64,000 bases of DNA from the NCBI GenBank assembly GCA_002104945.1, contig MCFH01000023.1, positions 434,001 through 498,000 on the forward strand, read 5' to 3'. The stretch is from Piromyces finnis finn. Its lineage: Eukaryota; Fungi; Neocallimastigomycota. The notes beneath the pieces are model-generated. The model saw only the letters and a program-made list of their open reading frames with translations, made no database searches and was not told the DNA's origin. This document shows, piece after piece, positions 29,324 to 45,100 of the stretch; the stretch's first letter is position 1; each line of letters starts with the position of its first letter. A program made the position numbers and the translations under genes.

Positions 29324-32300
29324 TTTTTTTATTATTATTTGATAAAATATATATTTTTTGTATTATAAAATTTTTATTTTAATAAAAAATTTTAAAAAAA
29401 AGTTTTCAACGATAAAAATATTTCCTTTTTGCCTTTAAGTTTTTTAATAAAAAAAATAACTTCTATAATACAAAATATAAATTAATTTTTAAATTTTTTT
29501 TAAATTTATATAAACAGAAGTCAAAATTTAAAAGAAAAAAGAAAAAGAATTAGATTAGATTAGTAGAGAAATTTATAAATTTATAAACTATGCTTTTTTT
29601 AATATATATATATATTTAAATAAACTATTTATATTTAAAATTATGATTTAACTTTTTTGATATTTTAATGCTTATTTTTATTTTAAACCATTAATAAAAT
29701 AAAATAATATACTTGTTATTATTTTAATGATAAATTATTTAACACTCTTTTTTTTTCTTTAAAAACAAAAAAAGATTATTTTTATCAATTAGAAATAAAA
29801 GACAACAATAACAAAAATATATAATATTTAACGTTTGCTTTCTGTTTCCTTGCTTTTTGTTTGTTTGTTTGTTTGATATTATAATTAAATTAAAACAATA
29901 CTTTTGAATAAGAAATAATAATTCTAAATTAATAAATTATTTTTATTTACATATATTGTGATAAAAAATACTTTACTTTTTATCCATTAATATATATTTC
30001 TTAATATTTCTAAAAAATATCCAATAATTATATTTTATAAAAAGAATATTGATATATACTAAAGTTTTAATTATAATAAATTTCAAATATTAATAATTAT
30101 CATTATTCCTTTATATTATATATTTTTGTTTCATAATATATTATCTTTTAATTTTTTTTTTTTTTTCTTTTTTTTTTTTTTGCCTAATTCTTTATTATAT
30201 TCTAAATTTAGTATTAATATTATTTTAATATTATACTGTTTATGTTATTTTTTAAATTTTTTTTTTTGTTGTGGTTTACTATATTTTTTCTTTATATTAG
30301 AGAATATGAGAATATGCTATTTATTTTCTTATTGAATAAGTGAATAGAATAAAAAAATATAACTATTTCACTAGTTATTTAAAAAAAAAAAAAGAAAAAG
30401 AAAAAAAATATATTTAACAAAAAAAAAAAAAAGAAAAAAAAATATATTTATATTATATATAATGTATTTTATTATAAAAGAATATTATAATAAAAAAAAA
30501 AACTTTTAATAACTAATTATAAACAAAAATTTCATATTTATTAAGAGAAAAAGAAAAAGAAGAAGAAAAAAAAAAAAGAAAACTAATTTCTTTATATATA
30601 CAAATTCAATATTCTTGTTTAAAAGAAAATGTATGAAAAATTTTAACCTTTTATGGAAAGAGTGATTTAAAAGTCTAATAAATATAAATAATACACAAAA
30701 GAAAATAAAACAAAAAATATTAATTTTTACATATTATTATTTAATTAAAAATTTAATATAGAAAGTAAATTAATTAATCAAACTTTATTATATAAATAAT
30801 TTAAACAAAATAAAAAAATTAATTTTAAAAAACTTCTATGAAATTATATATTAATAATTTAATACATTAATATATAATAATTAATTAGTATTACACATAT
30901 TATATATTATTATTTATATTTATATTAGAAATACTAATTAAATTTCTAAACCATTTATTTTTCGTAGATTATTTTAACTTAAAACTTGAAAATATTAACA
31001 TAATAATATATTGTATAATATATTAATGATATTGCTTCTATATATTATTATCTAATGTATTATACATTTTAATTTATTAACCATTTATTAATGTTTTTAA
31101 AAAATATATTGTTACTACACAATATAAATATAATAACAAATATTATGAATATTTATTTATCATAATAAAATATTACAAACATCAAAAGAAAAAAATAACA
31201 CAAATGTATTCTTAGGCATTTCCTTTTTTTAAAAAAAGGAAGATATACGAAGATAAAAACCTTTTTTATTTCATTCCTTTGGTTTTTCCATTCTTAAGAA
31301 AAATTTTATTTAATATTTTAAATAAATAATTCTATAAAAATCAGATGAATTTATTATTAAATAAAGACATCTTTATTATTACTTATAAAATAGCTTTTTC
31401 TAGTATTAATTATGAATCATTAATCTCACACCAATACTATTTTTGATAGTAAAACACAATTTTTAATCATTTATAAAATTATCCAAATAATATATTAATT
31501 ACCTACTCATAAAAAATACCCATGTATGAATAATATAAAAATCAATTTTAAATTATTACTTTCAAATAACAAAAGTATCATCAAAAGAAGACTAAAGATT
31601 TACTTAATACATTTTTTATATCCCAATTCACAAAATATAATTTAAATAATAAAACCTAATAAATATATATATTCTTCCTTAATCTATAAAAATAAGAAAA
31701 ATATATAAATAAACAATAAATTATTTTTCAAGTTAATCTTAATTAATTCTATCATTCTATATATTTTTTATTTGTTTGTATAAATAACTTTTATTAAACA
31801 CCTTTACCAGCATTTACTATACATTATATTTTATATATATTTTCTATAGAAAATATACATAAAATATAATTAAAAAAGTAATATAAATAATTTATTATTT
31901 AAATATTATATATAATAAGATTTGGAATTGGCATTTTTTTAACCAATAAAATTAAGGAAATAATTAACTTTAATACTATTAGAAATAAAAATTATTAAGA
32001 ATTTTCTTATAATCTATGTTAATTATATAATAGACTTGATTCATTTTATAGTCTATTCCTTAAAGTCTAATGTTAAATATAATTTTACAATTTTATTAAA
32101 ACCTTTATATATAAAATGAAAAATGATTTTAATTATCAAAAAGAAAAAAAAAATTTAAATTTAAAAAGAAAAACTTCATTACAATTATATATAAAGTCAT
32201 TCTTTATAAATATAATAAGTTTGATTCCTTTTTAAAGAAAAGAAAATAAATTAAAAGAATACTAATAACTCAATCATTAATAAATATTTTTTAATATGAT

Positions 32301-35300
32301 CAATTAAATATATCAAGTTTTTTTTATTATAAAAATATCATCTTTTAATAAGTATTTAATCATTTTTAAAAAAAACCTCTAAATGCAATTTTTATTTTTA
32401 CTAAAAATACATTTGCTTTTTTATTATGCTTTAATTAATATATTATTACTAATAAACTTTTACTAGTATTTTATTTATACATTTTGGAATGTGAACCTCA
32501 ATATCTTTTTAATTTTTTAAAAAATAAGTATCTAAATTATCATTTTAAAAAAAAATAGAGAAACATAATAATTAAACTTTATTGATTTTAATTTAAAATA
32601 TTTATCCAAGTTTTAGAGTTTATTTAATTCATTTTTTAAATAAAATATCAAAATATATATTAATATATATTAATAATATGTTGGAGAGTACTAAGTAAAT
32701 ATTTTAATGTATTATTAATTATTATATTTTGGACTTTATTTTTAAAAAAGGTGACATTAAATTTAATATATTGGATATATTGGTTTACCACATATCAATA
32801 TAATACTATCAAAATTTAATTTCTTACCAAAAAAAAAAAGAAAAACTCATTATTATAATAAAATAAATATAAACATTACTAAAAATAATAGCATTTCACA
32901 TCAAATAAAAGAATTAGTTTCAATATAAAAATCCGCTTTCATGACTATTTCTATTATTAATGACTTTATAATAATAACCTATTTATTATTATAACATATG
33001 TTTATTCAACTAATTATTTATTATTTAATATTTCTTATATACAAGTAATTAACAAATTCTAGGCTTATAAAAATAGAAATTTTTTAAAAAAAATTTTAAA
33101 TATAACCATTTTTATAAATCAAAAATTTTTATTTGTTCTTTTTTAATAATCTAAAATATAGAATATACAAAATTGAAAAAAAAAATAAATAAATAAAAGT
33201 ACAAATGGGTAAACATAGAAAAATAAACATAAGGTATAATAAATGTGTTCAGAATATTATTGATTATTATAAATAACATCAATAATCAATGCATTAATTC
33301 TTCAAATCTTTATTTTTTTTATATTTTTTTACTAAATAATTGTTTACTTTTATTATTTTGTCTTATATTTTATTGATTATGGAATTAATGAAACAAAAAG
33401 CAAATAGAATTTAATATTTCAATATATATAATAAAGTATACTATTATATATTAAAATATATTTGACTATTTTATAAACATTCATGTTTCAAAAAAAATTT
33501 AAAAATTAATAAAAAATCCACATCTTTTAATTAATAGTTTAAATTATATATTAATTATATATATTATCATATATTATCAATATATTATATATACATACTA
33601 TATTATGATTTTATTTGATTTTTAAATAAAAAGTGGATAAAAAGCTTTTAATTATAAATTTTATTAATTTTGAAAAGAGAGTGAATAATAAAATGGTTTA
33701 TATTTTTATCATGTAATTTAAATTTGGTTTTGTTAAAATATAAAGTATGCTGATAAAAGCAATATAAACAATAATGATAAAGCTTCTAGCATAAAATATA
33801 AAACATTTTAATGATTTGAAGTTGAATTTTTCAATATTAAAAATTTATTATTTAGTTGATTTTAATATAGGTTAGGATAGCTCTATAACGAATGTATTAT
33901 AAATTTAAGATTCAACATTATTTAATATTTTCTCTTGTGCTTCTTCTTAATGTACTTCTCATTTTAGATAATCAAAAATTTAGTATATTAACTTATTTAA
34001 TTGTTATTTATAAATATGGATTAAACTAAAATAAGTATGACAGATTAGTAGAACTTAAACACATACCTTATAAAATATATTATTCATATATGATAATACA
34101 TTTTGTATTATTCAATTTATTACTATTATCAATATCATTCATTCTAGATATAAAAAATAATAAAGCTATACAAAAGACTATATTGAAAATCCATACAAAA
34201 ATATTTTATAATAAACTTTAATTAATAATAAACAGCATTTCAATGAATTTATTCAATTTGTATTTTCAATTTAAATAGCATATATTATAAAAGCTATAGT
34301 ATTATTATTTACATATTTTTATAATACAAGAGAATAAACATTGCTTATTAAAGTTAAATAATAATGATAATGATATCTATATTAAAATATAAATAAAATT
34401 ATAGACTTTAAATGTTGGTGAACTAAAAAACACATAAAATATTAAAAAACAATATATACATTTATAATTTTTTTTTTAATTCATAGGTTTTTCAAAATAT
34501 GAGTAATTATATATAGTTATATATATCTTTTTTTTTTCAACGTTAAAGTTTAATAGGATGATACAAAACAATGAGTAAAATATATATGATTTTTACTTAC
34601 TTTTTCAATTAACATTAATATAATTATCTTTATAATTAAATAAATGGAAAAAAGATGTTTTATATATTATTAAAATAAATTTATTAAGCTTTTTTTTTTT
34701 TTTGAAAAATAAAACAAAATTATTTTTCTCTCTTAATATATTATATTTGAAATAATACATTAATTAGTAAAATATTGAAAAAAGCATTTTATATACTTTA
34801 TTAATGTTTTGTATCATTTTGATTAAACTCAAGCATTAAAAAAAGTTAAGATGTATATATATAATTACTCATCTTTTAAAAAACCTAAAAATTAGAAAAA
34901 AAAATTATTATTAAGAAATTATTTATGTTATTTTTTAATATCTATTATTTTCATTCTGATGACATTTTAATCCATGTATCATTATTTTAACTCTTATGAA
35001 TAATTAATATAACTATTATTCTCTTTTGTATTAATTATAAAAATATTTTCGTTGATATATAAATAATATCAATTGAAAGAAGTATATATTATTATAATTG
35101 TTGTTATATAATTAAAAATCTAGTACTTTTTATTAATTTGAATTCCATTATATACTTTCAGTTATTTCAAAGTTATAAAAAATTTACAATAAAAATGTAT
35201 TTTTAATAAAACTATATTTAAATGAAAAAAAAGAAAAAAAACTAGTTTTTATTTCAAGTTTTTGTCAATTACAAAGAATTTATAATATTAGTTTATATAA

Positions 35301-35706
35301 CAGTTTTATATATCTTAAAATAACTAAGTAATACATATACTCATTATACGTTTATATAAAAAAATGAAAAATCTATTTTTTTTTTAAATCGATTTAAAAA
35401 TTAATGTGTAACAAAATAAAAAGAATTTAATTTGATAGATATTTAATTATCTAAAAATTTTAAAAATATTTTAAAATGTTTCTTTTTTTATTTTTTATTT
35501 AAATTGTTAAAAAATAAATTAGTTTTAATTTTTTTTAAATCACAATTTTAAATTTATTAAAGTTTTATCTTTTAACTTTTTATAAATCTACTTATATAAA
35601 AAATAATATATAATATGATTAATTATAGAATATAGCGAATATAGCAAATAATAAGAACTAGTAGGGAAAAAAAGAAAGAAAAATAATTTTACAATAATGA
35701 ACAGAA

Positions 35707-35950
35707 ATGACAAATATTAATCATCAAAATCTATATTACCTCACCGTAGTAAAGCAATCATTGGAAAAAAATACTTTAGCACTCGTTTCAACAGGGGTTG
35801 GTAAAACATTTTTATATACAGTGTTATTAGAATATTTTTCAGAAAAGAATGGTCAACAAAGTGTCTTTGATTCAGAGGATAATATACCAAAATTTAATAA
35901 TTTATTTAAATTTATAAAATTGGAAAATGAAAAGCATAACAAAAAAAGTA

Positions 35951-35991
<41 letters not shown>

Positions 35992-36118
35992 AACATAATA
36001 AATATAAATTATAAAGATGTATTATTAATTATATATTTTATTTTCAATTTATTTAAATAAACTAATATAATTTTTTTTATATATATATATTCTACTTTTT
36101 TTTTTTTTTTTTTAAAAA

Positions 36119-36149
<31 letters not shown>

Positions 36150-39100
36150 GATATTTAATATTTTAGCTAATATTAAAGAATTTGTAAATTCATCAAAATT
36201 TGAAGAGTTGTTAAAACAAAATCCAATTTCAAGGTCAAAGATTATTCAAAATACATTTAGTGTTAAACTAAGAATTAAATTAAAAAAATGGATGGGTTTA
36301 AAATTAATACTTCCATTCCACAAGAAAAAAGTAATATTTCTGGAATCCTCTCATTCAAACCTTCAAAAACAAATAATGGCATTAAGTACAGTTAGTGATT
36401 TTAAGGTTGGTTGGTTTTCAAATTCAGAACCTTTATCAACTTCAAGTTCAACCCCTAATTATTACTATAATAATAATATTAATAATTTCAATAATTATAA
36501 TTCTAATTATAATAGTTTAAATTACAATAACTATTATTTGGACAATAATTATAATAATCATAATTCAAATCACATAATATTTGATAACAATAATTTCGAA
36601 AATACAAATAATTTTAATTTTGATTATAAGGAAAGGAAATTCAATAATACAATTTTTAATGAAAATTCGAATTCTAATTATAAAATAAATTATGATAATA
36701 CTAATCCTATGAATTTTGAAACTTGTTGGGATATTGTTAATTTCATTATTAGTAATTATTCCAAAGAATCATTATTTTTAACACCTATTCAGTTTAAGTA
36801 CCTATTGGATATAGGATTACTAACATTTAATAGCAATATTAAATTAGTAGTAGTAGATCACTGTCAAACCATTCAAAGTAATAAAATGGATTATTCTTAT
36901 TATTCAAAAATAATGACTTTATATAAAGAAAATAAAAATGAAGATGATTTAACAGGCAATAAACTAAAAGAAATGGAGAATGGAAAATCTAATCAAAAAA
37001 TTAGAAAAAGAAGACGCTTAAATTCGGAAGAACAAAAACCATTTTATACAAGAATTGTGGGAATCATTGATAAAATAAAAGAAAATAAAAAAATCAATAT
37101 TGGTAATTTAGAGGAATTTTATCATTGCCAAATGATTTGGGTTGATAATATTGATTTTCCTTTAACATGTTCTAATGATATACAACTACAAAATTCTAAA
37201 AAAGAGCATCATAACTTAAATGGTAAATATAACAAAGAGTTGAAAGTAGATGCTCAATTAACTAATGAAATTTTTTTACAATTAAAGAAAGACGATTCCA
37301 TAATTGAGCAACATATTGAAAAGGTTTCTAACGAAAATTTAGATATTAAAAATGTAAGCCAACTTAGTTCTGTATTTTTTGCTAATGAATCTATGATTAT
37401 TTATTACCAATGTATTGATATAGACTGGAATATATATGATGAGCAGATTAAGTTTGAACAACAGAAACAAAAGCAGCAAAAGCCACAAGATAGTTTTTTT
37501 CATCAGCAATATAAGATACCGTCTATTCTTTTTACGGAAATGGAAAAAGCCAATATTAACGATCGTTTCAAAATTATTTTAATTATTTATGTTAAAGTAA
37601 TGGAATTTTTAGTTAAAAAAATGAGTTGGCTTAGTGATTATAAAAACTTAGAAAACACTAAACGATTAATTAAATTAATAAAAAATGAATATAAAGAATC
37701 AGGATTATGGTGTGCATGTAATTTGGCCCGAATTTATGTAGACAACTTATACCATGCATTTTGCTATCATATTATTAAAGAAGATTATAATTTACTCTTG
37801 AGTCGTCATTTTCAATATACCAAAGATTTATTGAAATGTTTTAATTTTGAAGATTTAAACAATAACCAATTCCTTTCACCTAAAGTTGTTAGCATTATTG
37901 AATGTCTAAATAATCATATTAAAAAAATTAACTATAAAAAGGTATTTATTAACAACAAAAAAAAAATTATAAAAGCGTATTAATTTGACATCATTCATAA
38001 ATTTTTTTAATATATAGAATTATTAAAAATATTATAAATTGTTAATGAAATATTGATAATATTTCTAACATAAATAATTATTTATTAAATAACATAATTT
38101 TGTTAAAAAAGAATAATTATCATTATGATTCCACCATTGATGATACAACATATAGAGGAATAATTGTTGTTAATCACCTAATGGGATTAAAAACTCTTAC
38201 CGAAATTTTAAATGAAATCCCAATGTTAAAAGAACAAGGAATTCGTTGTGGTTACTTAATGGAAGTTAATAGTAATTACGGTACATCTCATAAAACCAAT
38301 TACAATCAAAATCAGATTTTACAATTGTTCAATAAAAATCAAATAAATACCCTTATTATTACTAGAAAAATGTTGCAAGAATCATTAAAGTAAGTTTGGT
38401 TTTGATTAATTTTAAGTTATATTTACTGTCATCATAATAATATTTTTCTTATTGTAATTTTTACTATCTATTTGATATATTTATATGAAATAAATAAAAC
38501 AATATAATTTCTCATTTATTTTTTCGATATATATTCATTTAATATTATTTTAGGATTAATTATTTATCATTGATTATTGTTTCAGAATCCTTGACCTATT
38601 CTCAAGATTATTTAGATATTTATTATAGAGCAAATATGATGAAAAACCCAGATTTTGAAATAAAATTTATTATATCTGATGTGAAAAATTTAAGTGAAAC
38701 TGATAATTCAACGGCTTTAGATACAGTCTCATCTGACTATACCAGTGACAAAAATACTCTTTATAATACACTTTCCTTAATAGCTAAGGCTAAAATTAAA
38801 TTCCTAAAAGATCAAGGCTTAAGTAAACGTGATATTTTTAAAAAGAAAAAATCCAATGGAATAAGTAAAAATAACTCAAATGCTCAATTAATATTAGCAG
38901 ACCATTTTATATCAAATAATGAAAAATATGTTCATAATTATTTATGTGGAAACGATAAACCTCTTCACTCAGCCATTAATATTTCGATTTCATTAATGTC
39001 AGCTGAATCAATTTTAATTAAATTATTTTCATGCTCTCAAACCCTTCATCATTTTAAAAGCTTTCTTATTTATAATGTAGGCGTTTCAAAGCATAAGCAA

Positions 39101-42100
39101 TCATCATATTTATCTTCAAAGAATATAAATGATTCATCACTTAAATATAAAAAAGAAAAAATATGGAATGTTTACTATCGACAAAGACAAAATCAAATTT
39201 TACATCATAAGTGTTTAACTCATACTGAATGGAATCAATATTGGAGGAATGAAAAAAAATTGTTGAATATATCCGATGAATCAAATATTGTTGATAATTC
39301 TATAAATAATCAATTTGATACATTTGCTGATTCATCATCCCCAGCAATAAATTCATTCTCTAATTATTGCTATCCAATTACCGATTCTGAAGTCAAGAAT
39401 GATGAAGGAACAAATATTACTCTTCCATACGGCTTTGCTTATGCAATTCATTTACCATTTATGTCTTGTTCCCATGGCCTTATCAAAGAAGACAAAATTT
39501 TTATTGGACCAATTCGTTTAACGCGAAAGTTAGCTTATCAAGCTGTTATGCTGGAAATTTGTCAATATCTTTACACTGAACAAATTCTTGATTCTAATTT
39601 CTTGTTGTCATTAAAATCCCAAGGAATTATATCCCAATCAAATCATTATTATAATAGTGAAGAAGATTATTACAGAAACAGCAGAAAAGAAGATAATTCA
39701 TTTAGATATCTTGAAAATATCTCATATATAGAAAAAAATAAAAAACTAAAATTAGAGGGTAATTATATTTCTGATGATAAGCATTTTAAACTTCAATTAG
39801 AACATGGTATAAATAAAAAGAAAGAAGATGTTGAAGAAAACAAAGAAAATGAAGAAAATGAGGAAAAAAGAAAAGAAAAAGAAATTTTACCAAGTAGTAA
39901 TAATGACCAAGAAATTGATAGACCAGATTCTCTTTCTGAATATAAACGTCTTATTCCAAAGGCTTTGATAGCTGATAATCTTTGGGATTTCAATACTTTT
40001 TCGAAAGACAATAAAATTAAAAATATATATAAATTACAAAATGAAGAAACAGTTAAAGATCAATTAAAAAAAGAGGATGAGGACATGCATAAACAAAATG
40101 AATCGGCGGAAGAGAAAAAAGGAACTGATATAGATGTTAATATAGATCATAACGAAATTTTATATACTAAAGAAAAAGAAATAAAGCAATCTTATGAAAT
40201 GAAATTAATGGAAGGAAAGCAAGAAGATGAAAATTTAACAAAAAAATGTAACGATGGAATGGTAAAAGAAACGAGTGGACATGAATTTTATGTTACTATA
40301 TTTTCTTTTGGTCCTGAATTAGAACTTTACACTCGTAATACTTTACACTGTGATAATGCTTTTTATAATATTATTAACCAACCAGAAGAAAATACTAATT
40401 TAAAACCACCTTCAGAAATGTCAATAACAGAAGATAAGGAAGAAGGTGAATTAAAAGAAGATATAAACGAAGATGAAAATATGAATGAGAAAGAACCAAT
40501 AAAACTAGACAGAGAAGGAGAAAAATATTACATTAATGAAATTAAAAATACAAATTACTATTTTAAACCTGCAAAAGATAGAAATCTTTTTCTTTATAAT
40601 TCTAATGAAAAACAAAAGAAAATTGAACCTCGTCGTTCTTTTGCACTTATCACTAAACGCCCTATTCCTTCAAAAGAAATTTCAAATTTCTGTGTATGGT
40701 TAGATGGTAAGATATCTTGTAAAGTAAAAATTCTCCACTGGCATGATCAATCTCAAGAAGGGACTATTGGTATTGGTAATTGCTTTAAAGATGAAATTTT
40801 TGACTATAATATTAAAGAAAATTCATCAGAACCAACAAAAAAAGGAGATCAAAATTCTAACCATGATATTTCTTTTAAAGGCCTATACTATGAAAGTGAT
40901 GATGAAGATGATGATAATGATAATGATAATGATAATGATAATGATAATGATAAGAAAAATTATAGTATTGGTAATGAAGATCAAATTAGAAAAAATTGTC
41001 CAAAAGATTCTGAAAAATCTGTAGATAATAAAAGTGAATGTGAAAAAGTTAATCTTGATAAATCAGAAGCAAATATCTATCGAAAGATTACACTGACAGA
41101 TCAGCAAATTGAAGCTATGACAGAATTTCAAGAGTATTTTTGGAATATGGTGATGTGGGGTCAACCTAGATCCTTAAAAAGAAAATCAACAACGCAGGTA
41201 CCCTTAAAATATAATGAAAATGATGTAGAAAATGAAAATAACAAAATAAATAATAGTGAAATTAGGATACCTATCATACCGGATTCTGAGTGTCGTATGT
41301 ATATGATTTTACCAGTTATAGGTTTCCCTCTTTTTGATAATTATAATTCAAAAGAAAAAGAGTCTGATACTAATATCAGTGATGAAAATGATTTGTCCTT
41401 CTTAATCAAAGATTATGAACTTTTAAAAAAATGGAAAAATAATTATACTAAACGTTGGCCAAAACTTCCTGAAATACCAGACCCAATCCTTTGTAAATGG
41501 GAGATTGATTGGTCTTTAATAGATAAAGTAGTTCAAGGCCCAAAAATATCATTGTATACATGGATTCGTACAGTGGGAGAGTATATATCTTTGAAAGAAA
41601 AAGAAAAAGAAAATAATTCTATATCAATAGGAATTAAAAAATATAATATAATTAAGCAAGTAGCAGAAGAAACAAAAACTACGCCTATTATATACACTTC
41701 ATCATTTCATGCGCATAATAATTCCAAATTACATAACAAAAATGTATTATACTTTAAAACTCGAAATAGTTTTGATGTATTATATGATATGGCATTAAAA
41801 ATGGAAAATGAAAATATATATAAAAACATCGAAGGGCAATCAGATCCTTCTGTTACATATTCCCCAGAAGTCATGAAAAAATTAGATATGGCAATGAATC
41901 AAACTTTTATACTAACGGAGCATAATAATAATCGATATCGTTTGAAAAAGGTTCGTCAAGATATTACCCCCAAAACAGAATTCTATTCTTCTCGTTATAA
42001 AATTTCACTCAGTTATTTAGATTACGCAACCATAACAAATAAAGCAACTGTCATTGAACATCCTAATTCAGTAATGGTTGAAGCATCTCATATAAAAATT

Positions 42101-45100
42101 TCCACAAATATGTTAAAGCCTTCTTCACAATGGCATTTATTATTCCCAAAATATAAATCAATAAATGAAACTAAAAATCAATCGGTAACATCTACAACTT
42201 CTTCGCATTCTAATAAACCTAAAACGACAAGCAATAAATCAAATTCTTCTATTTTTTTAATTCCAGATATTTGTAAAATTTTACCGGTACCAATGGAGCT
42301 CTTCCAATTAGCTTATTTAATTCCTTCATTAATTCACCGTATTGACCGTTACATGATTGTCAATCAATTTAAGAATAAATTAAATCTTCCTATTACCCAT
42401 AATCAAACACTCTTTTCTGCTTTTTGTTCATGTTCTGCTCATGAAGGATCTAATTATGAACGTTTAGAAAATTTAGGTGATTCTTTCATCAAATTTGCTG
42501 TATCAATCGATATCTTCAGAAAATATCCTAATTTAGATGAAGGAGGTATGACTTTTCACCGTGGTAAAATTATTTGTAATAAAAATCTTTATGAAATTGC
42601 ACTTCGTAAAAAGTTTGATGAGTTAATATTTGTAAATGCTTTTAATCCAAAAGGATGGCATCCTCCAAATGTACAAACGCCATATGCCTATATTCCAGTG
42701 GAAATTTCTAATAATAATACATCCAGTAATAATACAAACCTTAACACAATAAATCCTGACATAAATTCAAAAGATAATAGTAAAGAAAAGACATTTTCTT
42801 CTATTGATTCAAACGCTAATTCTTCAACAATACCCATTTCTAATAATAGTATAACTACCAGTAGTATCAATACAGATAATACACAAAAATCCTCTGATAT
42901 AAAGGTAAATTCACAATCAGTATCCAATACTGATTCTCCAAAAACTTTAATAGATACTCTAAAGGAAGGAGTCAAGCATAATAATAATAGCCAAAATAAT
43001 AATATCAACCATAATAATAATAGTACTGATCTTTCTACAACTAAATCTAAACAAAAGAAGAAATCAAAGAAGTTAGATAATACTATATCTCTTTATCAAA
43101 GTTCAAAGGGACCACTCTGGCGTGTTATTTCTAAAAAAACATTAGCTGATTTTGTCGAGTCCTTAACAGCAGCATATTATGTTGAGAGCGGTTTAAATAC
43201 AGCCATTCGATTCTGTCGTATTATTGGTTTGGTTTCTGAAAACACAGGTCAATGCTTTAAAAATAATTCACATACTAAAATTGATATGAATGAAGAAAGT
43301 AAAGATAAATTGAAACTCGCCCAATCTGTTATCAATAGTGATGTGAATCGTTTTATTATAATTTATAAACATTTATATCAAGCAAAGTTTAATGATCTTA
43401 AAAAAGTTAATTATGGCTTCATTAATAATAATATTTTTTATCAATATATGCAAAATACTTATAAACAAGAAGCAAATAATTCTAGTATTAATAATTATTC
43501 AAATTCCATGAATTTAATGAAATATAATACCTATTCTTCAAATGCTGATAATACCTATAATGACTCTTATTATCCAAAAAGAAAGTATGATGACTATGGA
43601 ACACCAATAATACTAAATGAAGAATTATCAATGAGTGATACTTATCAAGATTCCAGTATTAATAGGAAAAAAAGAAGAAAAAGAAATAAGCACCATAGGA
43701 TGTCAAATGAAGATGCAGAGTATAATCAAATATCTGAGAATATTCTTTTTGATCAAGATTTTTCTTTAGAAACTCCTACTCCAAAAGCATCACACCCATC
43801 AAGAAGTAGCTCAGATTCCTCGCCACTTTTAATGAGTAATAAAAAAATAGAACCAATAATAGTTGACTCGTCATCAAAAGAAAAGACAATGCCTTCTTTT
43901 CTTCAAATTAATGAAAGTATTGAAAATAAACTTAAATTATTTTACCAATCTAAGATTAGAAATGAAAATGACATATCATTACAATATCTTGCCAAAATTT
44001 TCCCATTTGATGCTATAGAAGAAAAACTTCATTATCATTTTAAGAACAGGTTATATTTGGTGGAAGCCTTTACTCATGCCTCATATACAACTGTTATTAC
44101 ACATAATTATGAGCGCTTAGAATTTTTAGGAGATGCTACATTAGATTGGATCCTTATTCGCTTTTTCTATTTAACTTATCCATCCGCTACTGCAGCAGAA
44201 CTTAGTGAACTTCGTCAGGCAGCGGTTAATAACGAATCCTTGGCTCGACTTTCCATTAGTTTAGGATATCATTACTATTTAATGCATCATTCCCCAAATT
44301 TACAAAACGAAATTTCCATGTATATTGATATGTTAGAAAAGAAAAGAATTCATCTTAATCAAGATTCATCATTAACCCAACCACAAAATATAAAAATCTC
44401 TACAAAAAAGAATAGTAAAAAGAATACAACTTTAAATTCTTCCAGTACTAATATCAAATCAGATATTAGCACGTACCCAGAAGTTGCAGACCAACATCCA
44501 CTCCAAAGTACATATGAAGGTCCAAAAGTTCTTGGTGATCTTTTTGAAGCTGTAATTGGTGCAGTTCTTGTTGATTCTAATTATAATGTTGCCACTGTTT
44601 GGCGTGTCTTCCGTCCTCTTCTTAGTGATTTCTTAGATAAGCACGCCTCACTTGAAAATCTTAGTCAAAGTACAGTTCGTGGCGTTCATGAATATTGTCA
44701 AAAATTAGGTTTTGCTGTGAATGATTTACAGTATAGGTAAGTTATTTTAAAATATATAAATACAAATTTAAAAAATTTAAAAAATTATAAAATACTATAA
44801 AATTATATGCTAGATCATCTATAACAGAAGCATATTGTTTTTCATTAAATATTAATTTTTAAATCTTTTTTGTTTAAAAATAATGACCCATTTTTCTAAT
44901 ATAATTTTATTTATTAATAATATTATTCAATTTTTATAGTTATAGAAAAATTAATCCATTACAAAATCGCTATAGAAATTATTCACCTATTCATGATGCA
45001 ATTCCACATTATTCCTACGAGGTGTATGAATGTCATCTCTACCTTTGTGATATGACTTTAAGTATTGGATATGGTAATACACAGATGGCCTCTAAACGTT

